Below, piece after piece: positions 1 through 11,360 of a stretch of 64,000 bases of DNA. Under the pieces are notes generated by a model. The model was not told the DNA's origin. It searched no databases and was given only the letters and a program-made list of their open reading frames with translations. Each line of letters starts with the position of its first letter. Position 1 is the stretch's first letter. The position numbers and the translations under genes were made by a program. Origin of the DNA: Octopus bimaculoides (taxonomy: Eukaryota); assembly GCF_001194135.2 (NCBI RefSeq), contig NC_068986.1:7353040-7417039 (forward strand), in the 5' to 3' direction.

Positions 1-169
1 CTGTGAAGAGTTTTACCTCTTTTCAAGAGTGTTGTAGCAATGACAGGCCAGGAGTCAAGGGTAATAACTCGAATCTAATCCTGACATCTCCCTTAGCCAA
101 AAAAAACAAAAAAACACAGACGGTGCAAGCGTATAAATATATAGATCCTTTCTACTGTAGGAACACAAT

Positions 170-742
170 CTGGAATTTTGGCGAAGGGAATAGTTGATTT
201 CAACGACCCTTGTGCTTGACTAGTAATTTATCAACTCCGAAAGGATGAAAAGCAAAGTCGACTTTGATGGAATCTGAACTCAAAACGCAAAGACGGACGA
301 AATGCCGTTATACATTTTGCACGGTGCTAACGGTTCTGGCGGCTGGCCACCGTAATAGCAACAATAATTCTTTCCACTAAAGGCAAAAAACCTGAAATTT
401 GTGAGGAGGGAAAAAGTCGATCATACTTAATTTATCGACCCCGAAAGGATGAATGGTAAAGTCGACCCCAGAACGTAAAAACGGTCGAAATGCCGCTGAG
501 CATTTTGCCCGGTGTGCTAACGATTCTGCCAGCTCGCCGCCTTCAAATGATCCTATCTACACAAGACCTGAATTTTGGGAGGAGGGGACTAGGCGATTAC
601 ATCGATGCTAGTGTCTCACTGGCACTTAGATTATTAATCCCGAAAGGATGAAATTCAAAGTCGACCTCGAAGGAATTTGAACTTAGAACGTAAGGACGGA
701 CGAAATGCCCAACGTGCTAATGATTCTACCACCTCGCCACCT
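170..742 (-). mobile_element. Three tandem copies of tRNA-derived SINE family A (about 170-353, 370-542, 552-742)
   Basis: Each copy carries AAAGGATGAA..AAAGTCGAC..GGAATTTGAACT..GACGAAATGCC..GCTAACGATTCT(G/A)CC..CTCGCC. This is the reverse complement of a head with A/B-box-like motifs (GGCGAGCTGGCAGAATCGTTAGC...GAGTTCAAATTCC) plus a central GCCTTTCATCCTTTCGGGGTCGATAAA domain. Confidence 0.9.
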
Positions 743-756
743 TACTACTACTGATG

Positions 757-787
<31 letters not shown>
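757..787 (+). repeat. (TAA)n microsatellite
   Basis: About 10 TAA units preceded by (CTA)3. Confidence 0.95.
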
Positions 788-788
<1 letters not shown>

Positions 789-789
789 G

Positions 790-1440
790 GGCATATTGGA
801 ACAGATGAATTCAATGTCAGAAAATTGGTAACAAATCTTTAATAGAAGAGAAAATATTCCTGAGAAGCAAACACTAATTAAATTTGCAGATTAATTGAGA
901 GACAAACAAACAGAACTATTAACAATACAAGTGCTTATGTTGAACAAAGAGGAATTCGGAGGTGAAAATCATAAAAGTAGACAGAATCTGATTGAATGGA
1001 ATCGTAAGGTAAGGTAAATGAGTATTACATAAAATTAAAACTGAGATTAGAGAAGCAAATAACTTAATTAATGGATGTGAAGATTATGTTAGTGAAAATT
1101 GAGAGAGCGAGGAGAAGAGTTTCGAGAATAAAAGATTTGTCTAAACAAATATAATCATCAAAGTAGATAAAAAGAAGTTAAACCTGTGAAAAAAATAGTT
1201 AAAACTTGAAAGGAAGTACAAAGTAAATCACAAAGCAAGTCTGAAAAGGGAGACAAAATGGTTGTTAGTAGCAGCACAAGACCAAGCATTGAGGACTTAT
1301 TGGATAAAAACCAAGATAGACAAAAACCAGGTAGATTCTAAATGTAGGTTTTTTAAATCAAAAGAAGTGATACTCATATAGTAAGTGAATGTAGCACACT
1401 GGCACAGAAAGAATACAAGAAAAGACATGACAACCTAGGC
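790..1440 (+). mobile_element. R4/Dong-clade non-LTR retrotransposon relic (internally deleted)
   Basis: 1233-1440 translates to ASLKRETKWLLVAAQDQALRTYWIKTKIDKNQVDSKCR...CSTLAQKEYKKRHDNL, containing the AAQDQAL motif and the zinc-knuckle region that precedes the RLE nuclease. 790-1230 is decayed and less certain. Confidence 0.8.
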
Positions 1441-1724
1441 TACATTCCAATGGCCAAAAAGAGAGATAATTATTAGGTTTTTAAACATTTTAAAATACCA
1501 ACGACAAGACTGAGCTTCTACGTCGTTGTTTGAAATGTTAGGAATAACAGCCAAATCTCTATCAAATTGCTAAAAAACGGAGGGAAACGTAGAATAACGT
1601 AGTCAACGTTTTGATTATTGCTGGAACGTTTTTGATTCCAAAGCTCTTCGATAATTGTTGACAGGGAATTAAACACAGTCACAACAGCTGAATTCATTGC
1701 TCAATAAAATAATTATTTAAAATT

Positions 1725-1922
1725 TTTTACCATAAGGGCAGCTTGTGGGAGGTAGGAATGAGTTGATTGCATAGACCCCAGTGCTTAGCTGGTATTTAAT
1801 TCATCGACTCAACAGGATGAAAGGCAAAGTTGACCTCGGCAGAACTTGAAATTTGAGCGTAAAGGCGAAAAATACCGCAAAGCATTTTGTCCGATCCGGT
1901 AACGATTCGACCGGCTTGTCGT
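1725..1922 (-). mobile_element. SINE family A, diverged copy
   Basis: GACCCCAGTGC..AGGATGAAAGGCAAAGTTGACCTCGGCAG..GCAAAGCATTTTGTCC..AACGATTC. Confidence 0.85.
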
Positions 1923-2195
1923 CTAAACAACAACAATAATATGTCAATTACATTAAGTTAACTGTATCTCGCTAGTTTACGAGAATTTGAATTTTGCTCA
2001 GAGAAAAAAAAGAATTTCTGACACAAAACATTAAGTTCGGTTGACGAACAACATTATATGATAGTTGCCATATTGTATCTCTAATAAACACCTCTTTGGG
2101 TTGAATAACCAGGTTGCTATAAACGAAATGATAGTTTAGGGTGACATTCTGGAAACAGTGTAAAGTGTAAATGGCACAGGGATGGCTGTACAACT

Positions 2196-2320
2196 TAGAA
2201 GTTTGTTGCCCAGTTATGTAGCTTCAAGTTCAATCCCATTACGTGGCATCTTGATTTATAACCCCGGGTCGACCGTATGAGCGAATTTGATTCACACAAG
2301 CTGTATAGAGACCTCCCTTT
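2196..2320 (+). mobile_element. SINE family B 5' fragment
   Basis: AGAAGTTTGTTGCCCAGTTATGTAG..GTTCAATCCCATTACGTGGCATCTTG resembles the head of the 33636 copy. Confidence 0.6.
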
Positions 2321-2336
2321 ATATATATATATATAT

Positions 2337-2830
2337 NNNNNNNNNNNNNNNNNNNNNNNNNNNNNNNNNNNNNNNNNNNNNNNNNNNNNNNNNNNNNNNN
2401 NNNNNNNNNNNNNNNNNNNNNNNNNNNNNNNNNNNNNNNNNNNNNNNNNNNNNNNNNNNNNNNNNNNNNNNNNNNNNNNNNNNNNNNNNNNNNNNNNNNN
2501 NNNNNNNNNNNNNNNNNNNNNNNNNNNNNNNNNNNNNNNNNNNNNNNNNNNNNNNNNNNNNNNNNNNNNNNNNNNNNNNNNNNNNNNNNNNNNNNNNNNN
2601 NNNNNNNNNNNNNNNNNNNNNNNNNNNNNNNNNNNNNNNNNNNNNNNNNNNNNNNNNNNNNNNNNNNNNNNNNNNNNNNNNNNNNNNNNNNNNNNNNNNN
2701 NNNNNNNNNNNNNNNNNNNNNNNNNNNNNNNNNNNNNNNNNNNNNNNNNNNNNNNNNNNNNNNNNNNNNNNNNNNNNNNNNNNNNNNNNNNNNNNNNNNN
2801 NNNNNNNNNNNNNNNNNNNNNNNNNNNNNN
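2337..2830. other. Assembly gap (N-run). Others at 4952-5190, 8658-8752, 9460-10048, 27251-27386, 41298-41415
   Basis: Runs of N, most flanked by (AT)n or (AG)n repeats. Confidence 1.
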
Positions 2831-3912
2831 ATATATATATATATATACTGTATATATATTACATACATACACACGCACACATACATACAAATATGTTTGT
2901 GCATATCTTTTTGTTTTTCTCACAGCGTTTGTTTATGGTCCCGTAATTTAGCATTTCGGTGACGTGTATGCATACAGACACAAATGGAATGTGATAGAAA
3001 ATGAAAAGTAATTTGGGGTAAACATTAAGTTTCGTAGTTAAACACATGAAGTTTCAACCTCTAGAATACTGTTACTGATACTATTTTTCAAGATAATTAA
3101 GATGGCGATTTTATTTTGTTTCCCGTCAAAAAACAACAGAAAACAACAAAAAACCAAAAAACAATTTAACATATCTATATCATTAATATCCCCAAAAAAC
3201 CTATTAGTGCCAGAGAATTTAATTTCTCTCATAAAATATTTTCATATGTTGCTTTTATAAATTCGTAAATCGTACCATGAAAGCATAACCAATATTCTTT
3301 GGTTGAGAAAATTAAAACAAGGTTGTAGTAAAATCTAAAAAAAATTGTAACAAAATCGGGACTTCATGTTATAGAGTAAAATAGTCAAGAGTTTGCAACA
3401 AATAAAATATAAAAAATAGAGAATGCTTAATCTGAATGCTTGTCAAGTATTACCACATCAGTTTGTTAATAATGCACTCTACGATTGATAGATTTTTGGC
3501 TAAGATCGATATATTTTGAGTACACTTAGTATAAAGGCGAGTAGATTTGACCTGTTAGATCGTAGAGTACTCATTGCTCAGCAAATCATAATGATATGAT
3601 CGAATACAAATGATTTAAAAATAATACTGATACGATCGGATGTTGAACCACGAATGTAAAAGAATGAAATTTCATTCGATAAGGAATTAAGTCTAGTAAT
3701 CTACGATGATGATTAAATTTTCCATATGAAGTTATTGGAATATCACTGAGGTTTTGGTCTTCACTGAGGTTTTGGTCTTCACGTCGTTGACTTATTTCAT
3801 CTGGTCTTCTTCAGCCCAATTGTAATCTGTTCCTAACCTTAACCTCTGTATTAGTAACAAATTTCTGTTGCCGTAAAACATTCGATATTTTAGAATATCC
3901 TTATTTTGAAAA

Positions 3913-4800
3913 TACAGGGTGCGTAAGATATTTGAGGACGGATTTATAGTTATGATAAAACAGATATATAATAACAGATAACATTATCAAAAAATGTTAT
4001 GAGGATAAAAATAAACCTTTTCTGTAATGTTATTCAGTAAAGTCACCTTCAGCTTCAACAACTGCTTCTATATGAGATCTAAATCATCTACATACTCAAA
4101 TCAAGTGGTCCTGGTTCATTTTGGACACTACTCTGACTATGATAGCTTCCAAAGAATCTTTGGTGCTATGGGTGTGTTCATTAACCTCTCTCAACAACGC
4201 CCCACATGTAATAGCCCAATAGATTAAGATCTGGGGACTTAGGAGGCCAAATGTTAGGGATTATGTGATCATGAAAATTTTCAGCCATCCATTCCTGTGT
4301 AACTAGAGCATGTATGATAGTGCAAAGTTTTACTGAAACACATATGGCCTTCCACTGCATACACTGTCTATTCAGGGCTTAACAATTATTTCCAAGACCT
4401 CAATGTAGGCGGCAGAGTTAACTCTAAGGCCTTGTGGAAAGAAGGAGGCATCACATGTCCATTGTTGACAACCCCTAAATCCAAGACAGTTGCAGGAAAT
4501 TTTGTATCCATAACACTTAGAACTTCAGAAAGGTCTGCACATAACCGTCTGTCATTTCCTCCGTTAACTTTTTGGTCTTGGTCGACGTTTTTTTAGTTTG
4601 AGAAAAACCAAATCAAATCTTCTGCTGGATTTTTCAGTTTGTTTAAGAGCCTTTTAGATCTGATGTAGTGATTTTCTTTTGCTTTTTCTGACAAATTAAC
4701 CTTTCCTTATCAAATAAGACATAGCTGACGTCTTCATGGACAACATTTCTGACTATTCCTTCTGACACATGGAGATCTTTTGCATTTGGAGTCAAGAGAG
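3913..4800 (-). mobile_element. Tc1/mariner (Tc1- or maT-like) transposase relic with one terminal end
   Basis: Minus strand translates to WPPKSPDLNLLGYYMWGVVER...EAVVEAEGDFTE*, with stops and frameshifts elsewhere. TA-CAGGGTG terminus at 3913. Confidence 0.8.
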
Positions 4801-5802
4801 GGATGTTTAATTAAAATGTGATGAAAACAAAATAACAGATTTCTGTTTCCACAAAAGAGGTTTACCTGTCCCAGAAGTGTCTAATCAATATACAGATTGA
4901 TAGATAGATAGATATGTATATATATTAGTGTGAAGATGAAGAAGAAAGAAANNNNNNNNNNNNNNNNNNNNNNNNNNNNNNNNNNNNNNNNNNNNNNNNN
5001 NNNNNNNNNNNNNNNNNNNNNNNNNNNNNNNNNNNNNNNNNNNNNNNNNNNNNNNNNNNNNNNNNNNNNNNNNNNNNNNNNNNNNNNNNNNNNNNNNNNN
5101 NNNNNNNNNNNNNNNNNNNNNNNNNNNNNNNNNNNNNNNNNNNNNNNNNNNNNNNNNNNNNNNNNNNNNNNNNNNNNNNNNNNNNNNNNNGTGCGTGCGT
5201 GCGTGCGTGTGTGTGTTTATATTATTAATAAATTCATAGACTTATCAATAATATTCTCAGGAAATCAATATTTAATATTTCGAAAGATATATATCCAATA
5301 TGGCACGGCAACATAATAAATTTAAAATATAAATGTACGAAATATAAATATAAATATGTATAAAAATATGAATGTAGATAAAGATACATGTGAATATAAA
5401 TGCGTATAAAAATTTATGCGTAATTAAGCATGAATATTGTAAAGTCTAAAATATAAAAAAACCTAAAATTTAAAGAATTAAACATCTGACGATGGTTTTG
5501 CGGATATTACTATAATCACAAAGTGATCAAAATATCAGCATACTATCAGTAATTCCGCTCTTCGGAGATGAATTAAGAACCAATGGTATATATATAATAT
5601 TAATTAAAACATTAGAAATATTAAAAAAAATAATAAAGTGTATACTGTCCTTCCTATAAATTGTAAAATTAATCCTTCTGAAATGTGTAAAGGAATGAAC
5701 TTTAGGATACAAATATCGCTGGATCTTAGGATAAATAAAAGCATTGAACGTCAACAATTCAGTCGAATCTGTCTTTCATTGAACATTATCAATCAATGTT
5801 AT

Positions 5803-6038
5803 ATTTATTTCTTTATCGGCCCACAGGGGGCTAAACATAGAGGGGACAAACAAGGACAGGCAAAGGGATTAAGTCGATTACTTCGACCCCAGTGCGTAAC
5901 TGGTATTTATTTAATCGACTTTGAAAGGATGAAAGCCAAAGTCGACCACGGCGGAATTTGAACTCAGAGCGTAACGGCAGACGAAATACCGTTAAGCATT
6001 TCGCCCGGCATGCTAACGATTTTGCCAGCTCGCTGCCC
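5803..6038 (-). mobile_element. SINE family A, young near-complete copy
   Basis: Clean head GGCAGCGAGCTGGCAAAATCGTTAGCATGCCGGGCG, B-box GAGTTCAAATTCC, central domain, and tail TTTAGCCCCCTGTGGGCCGATAAAGAAATA. Confidence 0.92.
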
Positions 6039-6100
6039 CTCAATCAATATTATATTAACACAGCCGTGTCCTTAAAGTAGGCAACATATTGATGACATCA

Positions 6101-6360
6101 TTTACTACCTCCGCCTTCGCGATGGCGGAGGTGTTGTTTTCAGTCGTGTTTGTTTGTTTGTTCGAGGACAAGATATCTCAAAAGCTGCTGGATAGATTCG
6201 GTTGAAACTTTCAGGGAGATTTGGCCTCGTGACTGGCACGAACCGATTAGATTTCGGGATCGATATGGTACCGGACAAGGATTCTGGATTATTTTTCCTG
6301 TTTTTTTACTTAATTTTTGAGAGCGGTCGGGTTCGTTTTTAGTTTTCTCGTTATAAATAA
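6101..6360 (+). mobile_element. Helentron-associated (HINE/DINE-1-like) non-autonomous element
   Basis: Begins TTTACT followed by the hairpin ACCTCCGCC-TTCGCGAT-GGCGGAGGT (6107-6132), then a (GTTT)n microsatellite and GATTCGGTTGAAACTTTCAGGG. This is the typical HINE layout. Confidence 0.7.
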
Positions 6361-6367
6361 AACGAAA

Positions 6368-6585
6368 GTGGCGAACTGGCAGAATCGGTAGCACGTTCGG
6401 CAAAATGCTGAGCAGTACTTCGTCCGCCCTTACGTTCCGAGTTCAATTTCCACCGTAGTTGACTTTGCCTTTCAGCCTTTTGGTGTCGATAAAATAAGAA
6501 TAAGTCAAGTAATGGGGTCGATGCAATCGACAAACACCCTACTTCACCAAATTTCAGGCCTTGCGCCTATGATAGAAAGGACTAT
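6368..6585 (+). mobile_element. SINE family A copy (sense)
   Basis: GGCGAACTGGCAGAATCGGTAGC..GAGTTCAATTTCC..GCCTTTCAGCCTTTTGGTGTCGATAAA..CAGGCCTTGCGCCTATGATAGAAAGG. Confidence 0.9.
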
Positions 6586-8615
6586 AAACTAAATATCTTC
6601 ATTTGAAATACTAACACTCAATGAAATATATAAAGTAATTTCCTGAGAACTCAATACTGAAGCTGTGCTTTTATATAATTTTTGGAAATTACGAGTCGAT
6701 ATTTCTAAGAATTTTGCTCAAAGCTGAGGATAAAATTCTTATCACGACCTAAAGTACCGTTGTTACAATTTTGTATAAAATACTTTTATTATTAGCTTTG
6801 GGAAAATACCGTTATCATTTCGGTGATTAAAATATTGCTTGTGTTAAAATACCAAAATCTATTATCATTTATTTTGGGACAATGCCAGGATTACCTTCTG
6901 TGAAGAAATTTTGTTATTACATTTGGTAAAGTAACTGAGTCACCACGAACTTTGGTAGATTATCAGTTTTAATATTAACTTTGAAACTGGGTAAAAGTTT
7001 GTGTGTTCATTTTATACCTTAAGAGGAAATATATAATTGTAGGGTAATGAATGAATTAATAAATTATCTATTCGTGTCTCAAAGACACTAGCTGCATAAA
7101 TAGATTGATTTCAGTCCGGGACCAAAACAAACTTTTAAACTCGTGCTCTATGATATTAGTCAAGAATGGTTTTAATAAATACAGAAAACATAGTACACCT
7201 TGCTTAAATTAATTATAGGAATATTTCAATTTAATTGAAGGAATACTATTTCTAATTATGTAACTGCATCAAGCTGTCTAGCTTTATCAAGGTGAGTTTC
7301 ATGGGTTCTAAGAATATACAGCAATAATGAGTCGATATCAAATTATATCCCGAGCAGTTTACCTCCAACTTGTCCATCTTTTCTCTACCTATACAGGCTG
7401 CTTTACACAATATGCCATCTTTAAGTCAGTAAAATGTCGTGGAAAGGATAAGTAGTTGTTATTTCTAACCAATCCATTATCCCACATTGGACCTCATCAC
7501 AATATGTTAAAATTTCCCTTACGAATGTGGAATATTCCATCTACCAAGTTTCATTCAGGAGGCTTATATCGACCCGAGAACACATGGCTCCAGTACTGCG
7601 CAATGATATCTAAGCTGAAAGCAGATTGATGCAGAGTGAACTTGTTTAACCATGATTCTCTGCTTCATCCTGACACGGCATCAACCGTCGACGCCACCGA
7701 TTGGCTGATTTTTCACCACTATATTGATTAGATGATTCATAGGAGTCCCATGCGAACTATGTGTAAATTGAAACTAAATGTGTATCGATTTGGATGTTCT
7801 TCCTTCCAAAGATTGTAAAATACAAGATAAATGAGGTGCCCCGTCGATAAATTATCAGAGTCTCCACTTAATGGTACGAGTAATGTGCTGCCTTTAACCA
7901 GCTGAGTCATTATGTAATTGACGAATGTTCTGTTAGTTTGTGGTGCCGAATGGCTACAATAAGAATGGATTGAAGTGGGATAAAGCTTCCTCTCTGAATT
8001 CCTGCATACACTTCTCGAAGTCGAAATAACATATGCCAAAAGACTTCACGAATATTTGGGGTTTTTCATATGTTCCTAGACAGAAAATATGATTAAACCA
8101 GCCAACAACTAATGAGTTCCTATGCGCAGCAATCAATAATTATCCAATGTTATGTTAAATAACTTTTCATACTATAATGTTTCTCTCGTTTCTTTCTGAA
8201 AAATATTCAAGCAACCGTTGAACAGTTATGTTAATTTCTGCTCTAGTTTAAGCGTGGATGTTTCTATCATATTTTTTAATTAAGTTTAAACATTAAAGAG
8301 AGATTATTAATTCATGGTCGAACATGTTCTGTGAAGTTTATTCCAGTGTTTCAGTATTAAAGAATATTTGGCTTTCTATCAAACAATCACCCCCTCCCTG
8401 GCCCCAAACTACAAAAATTATTCATTTCTGGGCCAAGATTTTGCTTTGAGAATTACGCAAGAAATTACTTATCTTTTTCCACTCAGATCTATCGGAGTCA
8501 GAATCTACTAACAGTAATTCAAAACTGGAATTTAGAAATAGGACATTTATTGAATGCATCTTTTACTTGTTTCAATCACTGAACTGCAGCCATCCTGGGT
8601 CAGTATTATACACGT

Positions 8616-8657
<42 letters not shown>

Positions 8658-8752
8658 NNNNNNNNNNNNNNNNNNNNNNNNNNNNNNNNNNNNNNNNNNN
8701 NNNNNNNNNNNNNNNNNNNNNNNNNNNNNNNNNNNNNNNNNNNNNNNNNNNN

Positions 8753-8792
<40 letters not shown>

Positions 8793-8989
8793 TAAGGTGA
8801 TGCAAAATAACTTTCATTTCAAAAAGTTGAAGGCACTCTGTAATTTTATTTTAGTGCAAAAACTCGACATGCAACATTTCAACACAATTGAAGACATCTT
8901 AAGAGATCGCTACCATCCACGGAACATTTTGTATATTGTTATTTTTCAGTTTGTATTTATCGTACATTTTCTGTCTCCTCACCATCTTC

Positions 8990-9295
8990 TACTGGCCCTG
9001 GCATACAACTGTTTAAGAGATTCAAAGCAAAGTGGATGGAAATTGGCAAGAATAATTACCAAACTGCAACAGGTGATCCTAACATTGCAGAGAAAATCTC
9101 AGATGCTGAAAAAATCGTTCAATCTGCTGACGCTCAACTTGATGAACGGCAGCCTCGTGATGACAAGGAATCACTCGAGGTAACGCTCATTTTCCTCTGT
9201 CGTAGCCCCAAGTCAGTGTCAGCTTTAAAGCCCCCGGAGCTTATCACAGACCATGATGGATGGCCAAGCTAATTTACTGCATTGAAATTTGGGTG
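8990..9295 (+). mobile_element. DNA transposase fragment, probably hAT-like (hATm type)
   Basis: SSTGPGIQLFKRFKAKW...QPRDDKESLEVTLIFL...(frameshift)FKAPGAYHRP*WMAKLIYCIEIW. Resembles the QPRDDY...PGA.H.ARWMAK motif set. Superfamily assignment is from memory. Confidence 0.65.
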
Positions 9296-9315
9296 TTTAA
9301 ATCTTAGTTTAAACT

Positions 9316-9344
9316 GAGAGAGAGAGAGAGAGATAGAGAGAGAA

Positions 9345-9395
<51 letters not shown>

Positions 9396-9410
9396 AAGAG
9401 AGAGAGAGAA

Positions 9411-9459
<49 letters not shown>
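9316..9459 (+). repeat. (AG)n microsatellite with periodic AAAG interruptions
   Basis: Directly visible; runs into a gap. Confidence 0.95.
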
Positions 9460-10048
9460 NNNNNNNNNNNNNNNNNNNNNNNNNNNNNNNNNNNNNNNNN
9501 NNNNNNNNNNNNNNNNNNNNNNNNNNNNNNNNNNNNNNNNNNNNNNNNNNNNNNNNNNNNNNNNNNNNNNNNNNNNNNNNNNNNNNNNNNNNNNNNNNNN
9601 NNNNNNNNNNNNNNNNNNNNNNNNNNNNNNNNNNNNNNNNNNNNNNNNNNNNNNNNNNNNNNNNNNNNNNNNNNNNNNNNNNNNNNNNNNNNNNNNNNNN
9701 NNNNNNNNNNNNNNNNNNNNNNNNNNNNNNNNNNNNNNNNNNNNNNNNNNNNNNNNNNNNNNNNNNNNNNNNNNNNNNNNNNNNNNNNNNNNNNNNNNNN
9801 NNNNNNNNNNNNNNNNNNNNNNNNNNNNNNNNNNNNNNNNNNNNNNNNNNNNNNNNNNNNNNNNNNNNNNNNNNNNNNNNNNNNNNNNNNNNNNNNNNNN
9901 NNNNNNNNNNNNNNNNNNNNNNNNNNNNNNNNNNNNNNNNNNNNNNNNNNNNNNNNNNNNNNNNNNNNNNNNNNNNNNNNNNNNNNNNNNNNNNNNNNNN
10001 NNNNNNNNNNNNNNNNNNNNNNNNNNNNNNNNNNNNNNNNNNNNNNNN

Positions 10049-10845
10049 CACCGTGACAAAAGAACTTGGGTTCTCAAAGGTTTCTGCAAGGTGGGTCCCT
10101 CGCCTTTTGACTCCTGAACAGAAATGCACCAAGTGCACTTTGTCCACGAGCAATCTGGAACTGTTTGAAGCTGATGAAGAGAATTTTCTTGCTCATTTCA
10201 TTACTATGGATGAAAGTTTGGTCCATCGCTACCAGCCTGAAACCAAAGAACAATCAAAGCAGTGGAAGCACACATCTTCTCCTACCCCAAAGAAGGCCAG
10301 GGTCATTCCTTCAGCTGGCAAGGTTATGGCGTCAGTCTTTTTGGATTCTCAAGGTGTCTTGCTGATCGATTACCTTGAAAAGGGTCACACCGTGACAGGG
10401 CTGTATTATTCTCAGTTACTGAAATGCCCCCGAGAAGCAAAGAAAAAAGGCCGGGAATGGTCATCAGAGGAGTCCTTTTTCATCACGACAATGCTCCAGC
10501 CCACACCTCAGTGGTTGCTATGACAACAATTCGTGATTGTGGATACAAATTTGTTCCCAATCCGCCTTATCCACCAGACTTAGCCCCCTCTGACTTTCAT
10601 CTATTCACCAAAATGAAAAAAGCCCTGGCTGGTCACCACTTTGCCAGTGACAATGACGTCATAGATGCTGTAGGAAGTTTCTTGGAGTCTCAAACAAAAG
10701 AGTTCCTCTACGCCAAGATAATGGCGCTTCAGCACCACTGGAGAAAGTGTTCAGCCATCGAGGGGGACTATGTTGAAAAATAAATCATCAGAAGTCTTGT
10801 ACTATGTTTTTTTTTCGGCTCAAGACTTTTCATACACCCCTCGTA
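10049..10845 (+). mobile_element. mariner transposon, 3' two-thirds of transposase plus right TIR, frameshifted
   Basis: KVSARWVPRLLT, FITMDESLVHRY, FHHDNAPAH, PYPPDLAPSDFHLF (DD34D). Frameshift near 10430-10445. TIR ends CATACACCCCTCG-TA at 10845. Confidence 0.95.
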
Positions 10846-10942
10846 TGTTGGCTTCATTCTGATGGCAGTTGGATCATAATAGTTGTAAATACATGTGACA
10901 CACCTGTATCTACAGTTCTATATTTAAGAGATGAAGAATTAC

Positions 10943-11198
10943 TTACATTTGACGGATATTTGTCCTCATCTTGTTTGTTGTTAACACAGCGTTTCGGCTG
11001 ATATACCCTCCAGCCTTCTTCAGGTGTCTTGGGGAAATTTCGAACCTGGGTTCTCATTCCTAAGGTATTTTTCGATGTTATTATTGTTCAGGTCACTGCT
11101 TGGAATCGAACTAGGAATCTTGGGGTTAGTAGCCCGCGCTCTTAACCACTACACCATATGCCGTGGCGTAGTGGTTAAGAAATATCTGTCAAATGTAA
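10943..11198 (-). mobile_element. tRNA-headed SINE-like element containing a hammerhead motif, plus a head-to-head collapsed second copy
   Basis: Minus strand: A-box TGGTGTAGTGG (11146-11156), B-box GTTCGATTCC (11102-11111), hammerhead (10983-11028), tail AAATATCCGTCAAATGTAA (10943-10961). Plus strand 11164-11198 = head TGGCGTAGTGGTTAAG fused to tail AAATATCTGTCAAATGTAA. Confidence 0.8.
10983..11028 (-). ncRNA. Type I minimal hammerhead ribozyme motif (cleavage triplet mutated to GCU in this copy)
   Basis: GACAC-CTGAAGA-A-GGCTG-GAGGGTATAT-CAGCC-GAAAC-GCT-GTGTT: CUGANGA and GAAA cores, 5-bp stem II, 5-bp stem I with one G-U pair. Confidence 0.75.
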
Positions 11199-11360
11199 AG
11201 AATGTATACCTGTATTTGTTTATGTTGTTCATATACATGTCACTGGATACCGAGTTATTTCTCTTAGCTCTTTTGTTTAAATTATAGAAATTACCTACGC
11301 CATACATATAGTCTACTCGTTGTATATATCTATGTCCCTGGTTTCTGGAGATAAATTATA

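Noticed and set aside
2195-2951. Long ORFs in the track spanning X residues (also 4930, 8547-9183, 9269-10153, 27122-27494, 41261-41504)
   Set aside because: Artefacts of N-gaps and flanking microsatellites.
3742-3781. 18-bp tandem duplication (also a 20-bp one at about 45918-45957); CRISPR-like direct repeats
   Set aside because: Adjacent slippage duplications without spacers; eukaryotic context.
11090-11160. tRNA gene calls for SINE heads (here, 33636, 52270-52342 and family A heads)
   Set aside because: A/B boxes are present, but there is no complete cloverleaf or acceptor stem, and they continue into repeat bodies.
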